Source of the DNA: Dethiobacteria bacterium
Lineage (GTDB): Bacteria > Bacillota > Dethiobacteria > DTU022 > UBA8154
DNA: 64,000 bases
Direction of reading: 5' to 3'
NCBI GenBank assembly: GCA_050948785.1
Contig: JBMNEM010000006.1
Span: 7,313 to 71,312, forward strand
Shown piece by piece: positions 1 to 8,648 of the stretch. The position numbers and the translations under genes were made by a program. The number at the start of each line of letters is the position of its first letter. Position 1 is the stretch's first letter. The notes under the pieces are model-generated. The model was not told the DNA's origin. It worked only from the letters and a program-made list of their open reading frames with translations, and searched no databases.

Positions 1-909
1 GTTATCATAAAGCTTGGCCGGACACAAAACCAAGACATTGTCTTCCCGAAGTTCAAAGTATTTAATCACGGCCAGAGCTTCGAAGGTTTTTCCCAGACCA
101 ACACTATCGGCAATAATACACCCGTTATATTTGTTAATTTTCTGGATAGCGGAAACCGCCGCATCTTTTTGGAACTCATACAGGCTGTTCCAGATCACCG
201 ATTTTTTAAAACCTGTTCGATCCTTTTCAAAACGCTCTACACCGCTATCAAGCTGGCCGCCGAAAAGCTCCTTCAATGTAAAGTAATACAAAAATTCAGG
301 GGAATAATCCTTGTAAACATAATTGAGGCTTTCCAGCAACACTCCTTTGTAGTCTTCGGTATAATCATTATTGCTCCAGATAATCTGAAAGAGCCTTTTA
401 AAGTGCTCCATCTGGGCTTGATCATTAACGATAGAGTTGAAATGAATCGGTGCAAGTTCACCGCGTTTTGTCCTTCCGGATACTTCAAGGGAGGAGGTGC
501 CGTGTATGGCTACTTCGTCATCAATCATGATAATATTGCCCGTAACTTTACCTGGCAATTTAACTTTTCTGACATTGACATGACTTTTAATAAAATCATG
601 CATGGACTTTGCTTTGGAAAAATGTATAAGTTTGTTTTTTTGAATGATATCATAGGAGTTGAAAAAGAGATCGCTGGTATTTTGACTGATTTCAAATTCA
701 CGGGGCAACTCACGTCCTGATGGCACATAAGCAGTATTACGGATTATAAAGTTGATTTGATCTACATTCTGCAGGTTTTTGGAAAGTTCCCCGAACACGG
801 ATAAAGTCAACTTATCGTTGATAATATTAATGCTCCTGCTGTTCTTGGCCTGGAGAACTTCATTGATTTTTAAGATAAGCTGGTCGTTGGAGCTAATGAC
901 CTCATGCAT
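1..909 (-). CDS. SNF2-family (RapA/HepA-like) helicase, N-terminal 303 codons; continues beyond window start; N-terminal region with degenerate PLD/HKD-like motif
   Basis: Minus-strand ATG at 907-909 preceded by GGAGGT; uninterrupted frame to position 1 (absent from the ORF track because no stop lies in the window). Translation contains ...KINKYNGCIIADSVGLGKTFEALAVIKYFELREDNVLVLCPAKL = helicase motif I of SNF2 type (xADxVGLGKT). Upstream 'GNIIMIDDEVAIHGTSSL' resembles the end of a PLD HKD motif but lacks the H and K. Confidence 0.6.
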   Translation of the reverse strand, partial: MHEVISSNDQLILKINEVLQAKNSRSINIINDKLTLSVFGELSKNLQNVDQINFIIRNTAYVPSGRELPREFEISQNTSDLFFNSYDIIQKNKLIHFSKAKSMHDFIKSHVNVRKVKLPGKVTGNIIMIDDEVAIHGTSSLEVSGRTKRGELAPIHFNSIVNDQAQMEHFKRLFQIIWSNNDYTEDYKGVLLESLNYVYKDYSPEFLYYFTLKELFGGQLDSGVERFEKDRTGFKKSVIWNSLYEFQKDAAVSAIQKINKYNGCIIADSVGLGKTFEALAVIKYFELREDNVLVLCPAKLYDN

Positions 910-1005
910 ATTTGCTGTACCTCCTAATCCCCACCCTTATCTTTCCATATCTTCAAAGCAATTCCAACCTCCGCTTTCCCACAGTGTTATAATCTTTTTT
1001 ATCGT

Positions 1006-1041
1006 CTAAAAACCTGCCGCGGGGAAGGTTCCTGTGGCAGG
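1006..1041 (-). terminator. Rho-independent terminator downstream of TM2-protein gene
   Basis: Minus-strand hairpin CCTGCC...GGCAGG followed by TTTTT (plus-strand AAAAACCTGCCGCGGGGAAGGTTCCTGTGGCAGG). Confidence 0.4.
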
Positions 1042-1129
1042 TCCAACTGTTGCTGAAGCAGGATAAAAATGATGAAAAAAAACAGGCAGGTTGGGGGGGG
1101 TATATCGAAGAATTTAAAGACAAAAGGAT

Positions 1130-1465
1130 TTAAGGAGCGGGAATAGTGTCTTGCGTGGCAATGTCTCGCAAAGCAATAATTTTGCCAATAAGCAGCTTCT
1201 CTACGGTTTCGTTGTGTCTATCTACCCATGAGTTGATGAAAAAAGCGTTGATAAGAGTCCAGACACCAAGGCCGCCAAGAGTAAGCGTCATAGCAACTCC
1301 CATTCCAATGTGTCCAAGATAATACCGATGTCCTCCGATGCCACCCAAAAACAGCCATAGCAGCCAGGTAATGAGTTTGGATTTCTTTTGTTTCTCGTAT
1401 TCGATTGAAAAAATATTTAGCTCGTGTGGCGTAAATTTACTTTTAGCAGCAAGGAGCGTGTCCAC
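1130..1465 (-). CDS. TM2 domain-containing small membrane protein
   Basis: 111 aa with motif 'GGIGGHRYYLGHIGMGV' (TM2 domain GxHRFYLG signature), two predicted TM helices; RBS AAGGGGGAAG upstream. Confidence 0.6.
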   Translation of the reverse strand: MDTLLAAKSKFTPHELNIFSIEYEKQKKSKLITWLLWLFLGGIGGHRYYLGHIGMGVAMTLTLGGLGVWTLINAFFINSWVDRHNETVEKLLIGKIIALRDIATQDTIPAP

Positions 1466-1647
1466 AGTCGGCTTCCCCCTTAGGTTAATTATGGTTTACT
1501 TAAATATTCTATAAAAACAAGACAATTCCTGCCTCATTTATTCAGTCTGTCCCTCATTGACCAAATTGAAAACGGAGAGCCTCTTCTAGACGCAAAAAAC
1601 GTTTTTGAAAAGATGAGAAAAAAATATGGAAGAGAATAGTTATAGTG

Positions 1648-2942
1648 TTATATTTCCCCAAAGATAAGGTGCTCCATGATCAATACCGCTAAAACTCCTA
1701 CCACAAACCCGTTGCCGAGAAGGGGCCTTAAAATAACTGGAAACGTGTTCAAGACACTATCTGGCAGGAAAGAGATGATGATGCTCAGCATGAGGGGAAG
1801 CCCGATCACCAGGCCATTTTCAAAATGAAAACCCTTTTGAGCATCAAGGACCATGGTTAACCCCGCGGCAATCTGTGAACACATGATGTAGAGAAAAACG
1901 CCGCCCACTACTACCGGCGGAATACCGCCAATAAAGGCAATTACCGGCGGCAGAAACGACACGGCCAGTACAGAATCAGGCCGGCAGGTATAAGGGTAAA
2001 GCGTGAGGCGCAGCCTGTCGAGGCAATTACGCCGGGGCTCAGGGAAAAATTGACCGGGCCAATCACACCCCCAAGACCCGCCAGAAAATTAAGTATGCCT
2101 GTCAGTGAAAGCCCCCTGGTAACCCGTTCCGGCATACGCTCCGGTTTCAGCAAGCCACCCACGGAGTAGATCGAACCCAGATCATTGATGGCCAAAGCCA
2201 AAAAACAGACAAGAAAAGAAATAATGACTCCCGGTTCAAAACTCAGGTTGAAATTCGTTTTGAACAAAAAGTCAGCAGTAAATTTATCCTGAACGGCCGG
2301 TGCGCTTTCCAAACCCTGGGGAAAAACCAGGTAATAAACAACTGTCCCGGCAATCAGTGCCCACATAATCAAGGTGGATTTCCAAAAACCGTCAACATGC
2401 CTGCTCACCGCAAAGATACAGAGTACAAAAACCAGAACAAAGCACAAATTTGCCCAGGCAAGTTCAGGGACAGCAGAGGATGTGCTCAGATTTAAAATCA
2501 TGGGCGTAAGGGTAAAAGCAATCATGATCAGAATGGTGGCCACAACCGGTGGTGTAAAAAGTTTTTTGAGATGGTTGAATAATCCCGCAGCACTCAGCAG
2601 AAAAAGAACAAGGCCCCCTAAAGCCATAGCTGTATAGATAGCGCTGATCCCGCTCCCCCGGCTGGCAGCGATCCCCACAAGGAGTATTGTGGCCGGGCCC
2701 ACTACAAGCGGCAGCTGGTGGCCCCATAACAACTGAACCAAAAGAGAAGCCCCTACTACAAAAAACACTTTTTGAATATAGGTAATCTGCTCTACAAATT
2801 CACTAAAATGCAAACCGGCCACTATATTCCCCACAATCACAACAATCGGAACCATAATTGCCAACCACTGCAAACCCAGGAATATCAGTTCAGCAAGGGG
2901 TGGCATCTCATCAAGCCCGTATTTAAACTTTACCCGATCCAT
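1648..2942 (-). pseudogene. NCS2-family nucleobase (xanthine/uracil) permease, interrupted by a frameshift near 1963-1980
   Basis: ORFs 1941..2942 (333 aa) and 1648..1962 (104 aa) are consecutive parts of one ~430-aa NCS2 permease ('...GVIASTGCASRFTLIPAGLIL' then 'LAVSFLPPVIAFIGGIPPVVVGGVFL...') in frames offset by 1 nt. Either an authentic frameshift or a sequencing error. Confidence 0.6.
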
Positions 2943-3150
2943 TTATGAGCCTTCCTTCCTTATATATGTACTCATTCATAAATTCTTGGATAAAAATTTA
3001 ATTGCCCCTTTTATCTTTATTCCTTCAATATCAGGCCTCTTCTTTCCTTCTAAAAGCAATTAAACATTGCCCCGGCACTGATTGCAGCAAAAAAGACCGT
3101 TCCGTCTCCAATTAATTTCCAAAAACTACATCCGGGGAATTCATTGTTTT

Positions 3151-3180
3151 GCTGCCAGGTCTGATCTATAATTATAGAAC
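3151..3180 (+). promoter_or_regulatory. dinB promoter: -10 TATAAT (3157-3162) overlapped by Cheo/LexA box AGAACATCAGTTCT (3166-3179)
   Basis: GAAC-N4-GTTC inverted repeat matching the Gram-positive LexA consensus CGAACNNNNGTTCG, immediately downstream of a TATAAT hexamer, ~30 nt upstream of the Y-family polymerase start. Confidence 0.5.
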
Positions 3181-3205
3181 ATCAGTTCTGTAAGGGTGCT
3201 GGTTT

Positions 3206-4447
3206 ATGCTTGAATCAAAAGTAATCATGCTTGCGGATATGGAATCCTTTTATGCCAGTGTCGAAGTCGCCAAGAACCCTGCTTTACGTGGAAAGCCTGT
3301 GGCGGTTTGCGGAGATCCGCAAAAACGGCGGGGCATTGTTTTGGCTGCAACCAAAGAAGCCAAGGCTTACGGCATTAAAACGGGCATGGCGGCGTGGGAA
3401 TGTGCAAGTTTATGTCCACAGGTAGTCCTAGTCAGGCCCCACATGCAGGATTACATCGATGCATCGTTAAAAATTACGGATGTCCTGGCCAGGTTTACCG
3501 ATCGGGTCTCCCCCTACTCTATTGACGAGCAGTTCCTCGATATGACGGGATGTGAAAGACTTTTTGGCCCTCCGGAAGAAATGGCCAGGCTAATGATCAA
3601 AAAGGTATGGAAAGAAATCGGTATTAAGTGCCGTGTGGGGATCGGGGAAAACCCCCTGCAGGCCAAGATGGCGTGTGACCGGTTTGCCAAAAAAAACAAA
3701 GCAGGCTTTTTCAGATTATCTCATCAGAATTATGCGCAGCATACCTGGCCCCTGCCGATCAGAGATCTATTCGGTGTGGGTGCCCGTATGGAGCGTAATT
3801 TTTTTAATATTGGCGTGCGGACAATCGGACATCTGGCACAGCTGCCGAAAGAAGACCTGAAATTCAGGTGGGGTGTAAATGGGGAGGTTTTATGGCTTAA
3901 TGCGCAGGGGATTGATTATTCGACGATAAAACCACTGGAAAGTGTAAAAGATACCCGCAAAGGAACCAGCCACTCCATAACCTTACCCCGGGATTACCGG
4001 TCTAAAAAGGAAATAGAAGTTGTTTTATTGGAGATCGTGGAAGAGGTCTGCCGGCGGGCCAGGTCCTGGGGTAAGGTGGGGCGGGTTGTCCATGTCTACT
4101 GCCGGGGCGCCGACTTTGATTTCCCCACGGGCTTTTCCAGACAGGTGAAAATGTCCGAACCGACAGCGATGACCATGGATGTCTATGCCTACGTCTTAAA
4201 GCTGTTTTATACTCATTGGGACCGGCGGCCGGTCAGGGCCCTGGGTGTCGGCCTTGCAGGTCTTTTGGATTTGCGGGAAATACAGCTCTCCCTGGTTGAT
4301 CCGAAAGAGAAAAAAATGGCCTTGAGTAAGGCCATGGACTCTATCAGGAACCGCTACGGCCCGACAAGCCTGTTTAGATCGTCCTCGCTGACAGCAGGCG
4401 GGATGCTTTTTGACCGGGCGACCAAAATCGGCGGGCACGAGGCCTAG
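3206..4447 (+). CDS. dinB: Y-family DNA polymerase IV (DinB-like, translesion synthesis)
   Basis: 413 aa; N-terminal 'IMLADMESFYASVE' catalytic motif of Y-family polymerases, typical palm/finger/little-finger length. Confidence 0.85.
   Translation: MLESKVIMLADMESFYASVEVAKNPALRGKPVAVCGDPQKRRGIVLAATKEAKAYGIKTGMAAWECASLCPQVVLVRPHMQDYIDASLKITDVLARFTDRVSPYSIDEQFLDMTGCERLFGPPEEMARLMIKKVWKEIGIKCRVGIGENPLQAKMACDRFAKKNKAGFFRLSHQNYAQHTWPLPIRDLFGVGARMERNFFNIGVRTIGHLAQLPKEDLKFRWGVNGEVLWLNAQGIDYSTIKPLESVKDTRKGTSHSITLPRDYRSKKEIEVVLLEIVEEVCRRARSWGKVGRVVHVYCRGADFDFPTGFSRQVKMSEPTAMTMDVYAYVLKLFYTHWDRRPVRALGVGLAGLLDLREIQLSLVDPKEKKMALSKAMDSIRNRYGPTSLFRSSSLTAGGMLFDRATKIGGHEA
4109..4291. repeat. Direct repeat copy 1 (internal to dinB) of ~183-bp segment duplicated at 8360..8542
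   Basis: About 92% nucleotide identity by eye to 8360..8542 (encodes ADFDFPTGF..MSEPTAMTMDVYAYVLKLFYTHWDRRPVRALG.GLAGLLDLREIQLSLVD in both copies). Confidence 0.8.
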
Positions 4448-4536
4448 GTTGTTCAATACCTTTTTCAGTTTTATAAACAATTCGCCAGGGCGGGCTGATT
4501 GATACCCTGTAGGTAAGCTTCTCCGGTAGGCTCAAT

Positions 4537-5286
4537 CTATTGTTTTTTTCTGTGGTGATGCCAGGTATCCAGGAGAGAATGAGGTACTTCGAGGCCATTC
4601 CTTTCCATCAGACTGTCATTACCCATCACTACGGCCGGCTCTCCATCAGCCTGGATCCGGCCACCTCTCAGCAGCAGGACGCGGCTGCAGGTTTCCAGAA
4701 TAAATTCCAGGTCGTGTGAAGCGATAAGTACAGTTTTATCCGTCATCGTATCAAGGAGCTGAATCAGGCGGCGGCGGTAGCGCAGATCAAGGTCGGAAGT
4801 AGGTTCATCCATGATCAACAGCCTAGGGGCCATAGCCAGGATACCGGAAAGAGCCACAAGGCGCTGTTCCCCACCGGAAAGATGGTGTGGAGGCCGGTCC
4901 AGCAAGGCCGTGATCCCGGTCAATGCGGCCGTTTCCTCTATTCTCTTCCGGATCTCCTCACTTCCCAAACCCATGTTTTGCGGACCGAAAGCAATATCAT
5001 CCCTGACCGAAGGGCAGATCAACTGATCCGCGGTATGCTGAAAAACCATACCCACCGCTGGATAAAAAACGCCAGGCTTAACCGGTTGGCCGAATATCTC
5101 CAGCCGACCGGATGTCGGCTGCAGGATCCCGGTAATTAAAAGAAAGAGGGTGGTTTTGCCGGCGCCATTGGGACCAATCAGCCCTACCTTTTCACCGGCT
5201 TTAATCGTACAATTGATCCCTGCAATAATCGGTAGCTGTTCGGGGTAGGCAAAATGCAGCGCCTTTATGCTCAAAGCTTCTGTCAA
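4537..5286 (-). CDS. ECF-type Ni/Co transporter ATPase component (CbiO/NikO-like)
   Basis: 249 aa ABC ATPase: Walker A 'GPNGAGKTT', signature 'LSGGEQ', Walker B 'LIMDEPTSDLD'; downstream of Q and M components. Confidence 0.8.
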   Translation of the reverse strand: MTEALSIKALHFAYPEQLPIIAGINCTIKAGEKVGLIGPNGAGKTTLFLLITGILQPTSGRLEIFGQPVKPGVFYPAVGMVFQHTADQLICPSVRDDIAFGPQNMGLGSEEIRKRIEETAALTGITALLDRPPHHLSGGEQRLVALSGILAMAPRLLIMDEPTSDLDLRYRRRLIQLLDTMTDKTVLIASHDLEFILETCSRVLLLRGGRIQADGEPAVVMGNDSLMERNGLEVPHSLLDTWHHHRKKQ

Positions 5287-5401
5287 AGTTGGTTTCCTCC
5301 AGGTTTATTCTTGTAGCTTTGCTTCCCTTATCTACGATTATAGCAGAATTCCCTGCCAGTGCGCAGTTATTATCCGGATTTTTTAATTGACAACAGCATT
5401 T

Positions 5402-6160
5402 TTAGAGGAAGGCTTGAGACAGAATGATGGCTGCAGCAAGTAGCAGCACAACCGCCAACAGCAGGTAATCCGCGACAGCGGGCCGGAAATCTGAAAGCGG
5501 TTGATCACCATTACCGTAACCGCGTAGCGTCATCGCCTGGAAAACCCTTTCCGCCTGTTTATTGCTGCGAACCAGCAACGAACCGGTAATATTGGCAAAG
5601 GTCTTCAATGAAAACAGTGATTTGCCCTGAAAACCACGCAGGCAGGCCGCCGCGTGCGTGCGCTTCAAATCGCCGCTCAGTTGAAAAAGGTAACGGTAGG
5701 TAAATAGCAGCAAATCAGTCATCAGCCAGGGAATGCCAAACGCTCGCATCGTCCTGGTCAGCAGGGGCAGTGGGGTTGTGGCAAAAAGAACCACAACCAC
5801 CATGAAGATAGCCGTAAACTTGGCGGCTACCAGCAGCAGACTGAGGCAACCTTCCAACCGCAAAGCAAGTGGCCCGAATTGCCAAAGCACAGTCTGCCCC
5901 GACCAAAACGGCAGTATAACAGCCATGGCCACCAGAAAAAACCCGGGCAGGCGCAGCCGCGAAACAAAATAAGCAAATGGCAGCGCCGAGAACCGGTAGA
6001 TGATCATGGCGCTTAAAAACATCAGTGGTAAAATGCGCAAATCCTGCACCAAGGCAAAGGAGAAAACAAGCATGATTAAACCCGGCAGCTTGAAGCGAGT
6101 TTCCCAGCGGCCGAACAAACTACTTAGCACTGTAGAACCAACTACCGCTTCGCTGATCAT
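5402..6160 (-). CDS. ECF transporter transmembrane (T) component CbiQ/NikQ-like
   Basis: 252-aa polytopic membrane protein with CbiQ-like profile; 4-nt overlap with upstream M component. Confidence 0.7.
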   Translation of the reverse strand: MISEAVVGSTVLSSLFGRWETRFKLPGLIMLVFSFALVQDLRILPLMFLSAMIIYRFSALPFAYFVSRLRLPGFFLVAMAVILPFWSGQTVLWQFGPLALRLEGCLSLLLVAAKFTAIFMVVVVLFATTPLPLLTRTMRAFGIPWLMTDLLLFTYRYLFQLSGDLKRTHAAACLRGFQGKSLFSLKTFANITGSLLVRSNKQAERVFQAMTLRGYGNGDQPLSDFRPAVADYLLLAVVLLLAAAIILSQAFL

Positions 6161-6813
6161 TTCGGATCAACCTCCAAGAGAGCAGGCTGCACGCGCAGCA
6201 GGAACAACACAACCATGGCCGTGAATACGCCTTCCAGTAAAGCTACCGGCAGGTGAGCCAGGCTTAAGGTCAGCACAGCAGCTTTTTCAGCGGCGGCATC
6301 AAAAGAGGCCGAGGCCGGGGCGACATAAATCAGCAGCAACGCCGCGATCATGGCCCCTGCAACGACGGCCGTAAAGGAGGCCAGGAAAGCCAGCAGCCCG
6401 TTGGGCAGAGGCTTTTGCAAACCAAAGAAACGGCGCAGGCTGAAAAGACGGTGCGCCAGCAAGGCCGGCAGACCCATCAGGCAGGCGTTCACGCCAAGGG
6501 TGGTCAGACCACCGTGCTGAAACATGATCGCCTGCAGCAGCAGGCCCACCAGGACAGCAGGGAATGCAAACCAGCCGAGCATAACACCCATAAGGCCGGA
6601 GAGAACCAGGTGCACACTGACTGGCGGCACCGGAATATGAATCAGCGATGCAACAAAAAAAGCTGCAGTCAGCAGGGCTGCCTTGGGAATAACGTTTCGC
6701 GGATTACCATACTGCTTCTTGATCTTGTGCAGTGATAGCCAGGTCATACCGCCCGTCACCGCATAACCGCCGACAGCGGCGGAAACCGATATAATCCCGT
6801 CCGGAATATGCAT
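6157..6813 (-). CDS. Ni/Co ECF transporter substrate-capture component CbiM/NikM-like
   Basis: Starts 'MHIPDG', the conserved N-terminus of CbiM/NikM; 218 aa multi-TM. Confidence 0.75.
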   Translation of the reverse strand: MHIPDGIISVSAAVGGYAVTGGMTWLSLHKIKKQYGNPRNVIPKAALLTAAFFVASLIHIPVPPVSVHLVLSGLMGVMLGWFAFPAVLVGLLLQAIMFQHGGLTTLGVNACLMGLPALLAHRLFSLRRFFGLQKPLPNGLLAFLASFTAVVAGAMIAALLLIYVAPASASFDAAAEKAAVLTLSLAHLPVALLEGVFTAMVVLFLLRVQPALLEVDPK

Positions 6814-7284
6814 TTAGCTTTGCCTCCTACTGAAGTATAGTGCAGTACCGAACAGCCCCCAAATCACCGCAGCGATCATCAGGAACTTCTGCGGTCCGGT
6901 AAACCCGGTAGTGCTGGCAGGGCTGACAGCACTTTCGTCAACCTCGATCCTGATCAGCCCGCCGTGACCGGCGAGACGTGCTTGCACTTCCCACAACCCG
7001 GGTATTTCCGAGTCAGGAACAAAGAAAAATTTACCGTCCTCGTCACAGGTGCCGGTAAGCCAGGGTTCAGCCGGACTGCCGGGCGCAAATACAGCTACTT
7101 GAGCCCCTGCCATCGGACCCCCAGTATCATAACAGGCGGTAACCTCGATAGCGTTGCTCTCTATATATTCAAGCTCAACCCCGTGGGCCAGCGCCTCGCC
7201 TGCCGGAAAAATAATCAGCAGGCAGATTGAAACAACCACTGCAACCAGGCAGGCATAACCGGCAGACCGGCTTTTCCCAAACAT
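6814..7284 (-). CDS. Bitopic membrane protein with extracytoplasmic domain (possible NikL-like accessory component)
   Basis: 156 aa: N-terminal TM/signal, ~100-aa external domain starting 'AHGVELEY', C-terminal TM; tightly linked (stop adjacent to start of the M component). Confidence 0.35.
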   Translation of the reverse strand: MFGKSRSAGYACLVAVVVSICLLIIFPAGEALAHGVELEYIESNAIEVTACYDTGGPMAGAQVAVFAPGSPAEPWLTGTCDEDGKFFFVPDSEIPGLWEVQARLAGHGGLIRIEVDESAVSPASTTGFTGPQKFLMIAAVIWGLFGTALYFSRRQS

Positions 7285-7301
7285 GCTTAAAACCCCCTTG
7301 G

Positions 7302-8146
7302 TTAGTTAATAAATTCTGCCAGACAGTGACCTTCGCCGACATGGGCCAGGTGAGTCAGAATAGGAACCAACAGTTCATAATCATCAGCGCTGAGGTTTTC
7401 CTCGAGGAAAGCCAGATCGACTTCCACGACACCATCTACAGCCAAGGCCGCCAGCGGTTCAAAACCGAGCGCCCCCTGGTTCAGGGGATCATCCGGATCT
7501 TCTTCCCCGTAACCAAAAAGATGGTCAAAGTGGAAGGTCATTTCAAGATCGGCAGTTCCGCCAGGAGTTACTACCCCCTTGCGTTCGTCACCTATGTAAT
7601 CACCGCCTTGATAGGCAACCTCCTGCTCGATACCGAAGGTAAAATCAATCACTGTTCCATCTTTTTCAGCCTGCCCGGCTAAAAACAGACTGTACCCGGC
7701 GGACGGTCCTTCAACAGCCCGGAGCATTTCCCAGGAAATAGCATTATAATGCCCGGTCGGCACTTCCGCCAACTCATCAAGCACTACGGGATCACTTGCC
7801 GGGTCGGCCAAGTTTACTGAGTGTATACCGGACGGTTCGACTTTTTCCTGGTAGTCGATATCCCAGCCCTGTTCGGTATCATAGGGCGGATCGGTCTGGT
7901 ATGCCGTAATGTTGCCCATGGTAGCGTAGGCCCGATCAAAGGAAAGCTCCCAGCCATCCTTGGAAAGGAACCCCTCACGGATAAACTCTTCCCCGTTCGC
8001 TGTAAAGGCAAGTGTTCCTGTTTCTACGGTATCTCCTGTTATAACATCACCTTGGGGCGCCGCTTCCTCACCACCACATCCACCAAGAAACAAAAAAGGC
8101 ACCATCAGCAACACAACAATGACGACTAATCCATTTTTTTTCATTG
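7302..8146 (-). CDS. Lipoprotein, possible periplasmic NikK-like component of the Ni/Co transporter
   Basis: Probable start is the second ATG (MKKNG..., RBS GGAGGT 7 nt upstream); signal peptide plus lipobox 'FLGGC'; first gene of the operon. Confidence 0.35.
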
Positions 8147-8277
8147 CCTGACCTCCAGTATTTTGCATAACCGGCGGATATGGCCAAACTTCAGGCCAAA
8201 ACTAACCCCTCCACCTTGTCGTGCTACAAAATTAATATTTATGTTATGTATTTCGCTATTACTTTTTATTTTCCTGC

Positions 8278-8601
8278 TTGGCACATAAAAAAACCGGCAA
8301 AGGATACCTTTTACCGGCAGCAATCTGCTGTGGAGACAGTCCCTGTGACACCTCCTGGGGCGCTGACTTTGATTTCCCCACGGGCTTTTACAAGCAGGTG
8401 AGAATGTCCGAACCGACAGCGATGACCATGGATGTCTATGCCTACGTCTTAAAGCTGTTTTATACTCATTGGGATCGACGGCCGGTCAGGGCCTTGGGTG
8501 CCGGCCTGGCGGGTCTTCTGGATCTGCGGGAAATACAGCTCTCCCTGGTCGATACTCAATCTTTTTTAGTTTTGGGGGTAGAGGCATATCATGCGGGGTG
8601 A
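8278..8601 (+). pseudogene. dinB gene fragment (61-codon internal segment of the Y-family polymerase) with unrelated flanking codons
   Basis: 107-aa ORF whose middle is near-identical to DinB residues ~302-362 (copy 2 of the 183-bp repeat); no polymerase N-terminal domain. Confidence 0.7.
8360..8542. repeat. Direct repeat copy 2 of dinB internal segment
   Basis: See 4109..4291; same orientation; 4.07 kb between copies, containing the dinB 3' end and the whole Ni/Co transporter operon. Confidence 0.8.
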
Positions 8602-8648
8602 CGGAATCCTAATCGTCAGGTATCCGTCAAGGATGAGGTAACCGGGTC

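Noticed and set aside
169-720. 183-aa plus-strand ORF
   Set aside because: It lies antisense to, and entirely within, the well-supported minus-strand helicase reading frame (clear RBS, SNF2 motif I). It has no motifs of its own.
2943-3205. Possible purine riboswitch in the leader of the NCS2 permease
   Set aside because: Read on the minus strand, the leader lacks the conserved purine-riboswitch cores (UAUAnnCGnGnAUAUGGCCC / CCGUAAAUU). Only an RBS and a weak promoter-like sequence were seen.
8147-8355. Possible B12 riboswitch or NikR operator upstream of the Ni/Co transporter operon
   Set aside because: No B12 box (GCCACUG) and no GTATGA-N16-TCATAC-type NikR palindrome were found. The ORF-track start at 8168 is displaced by an internal ATG at 8144-8146 with a proper RBS.
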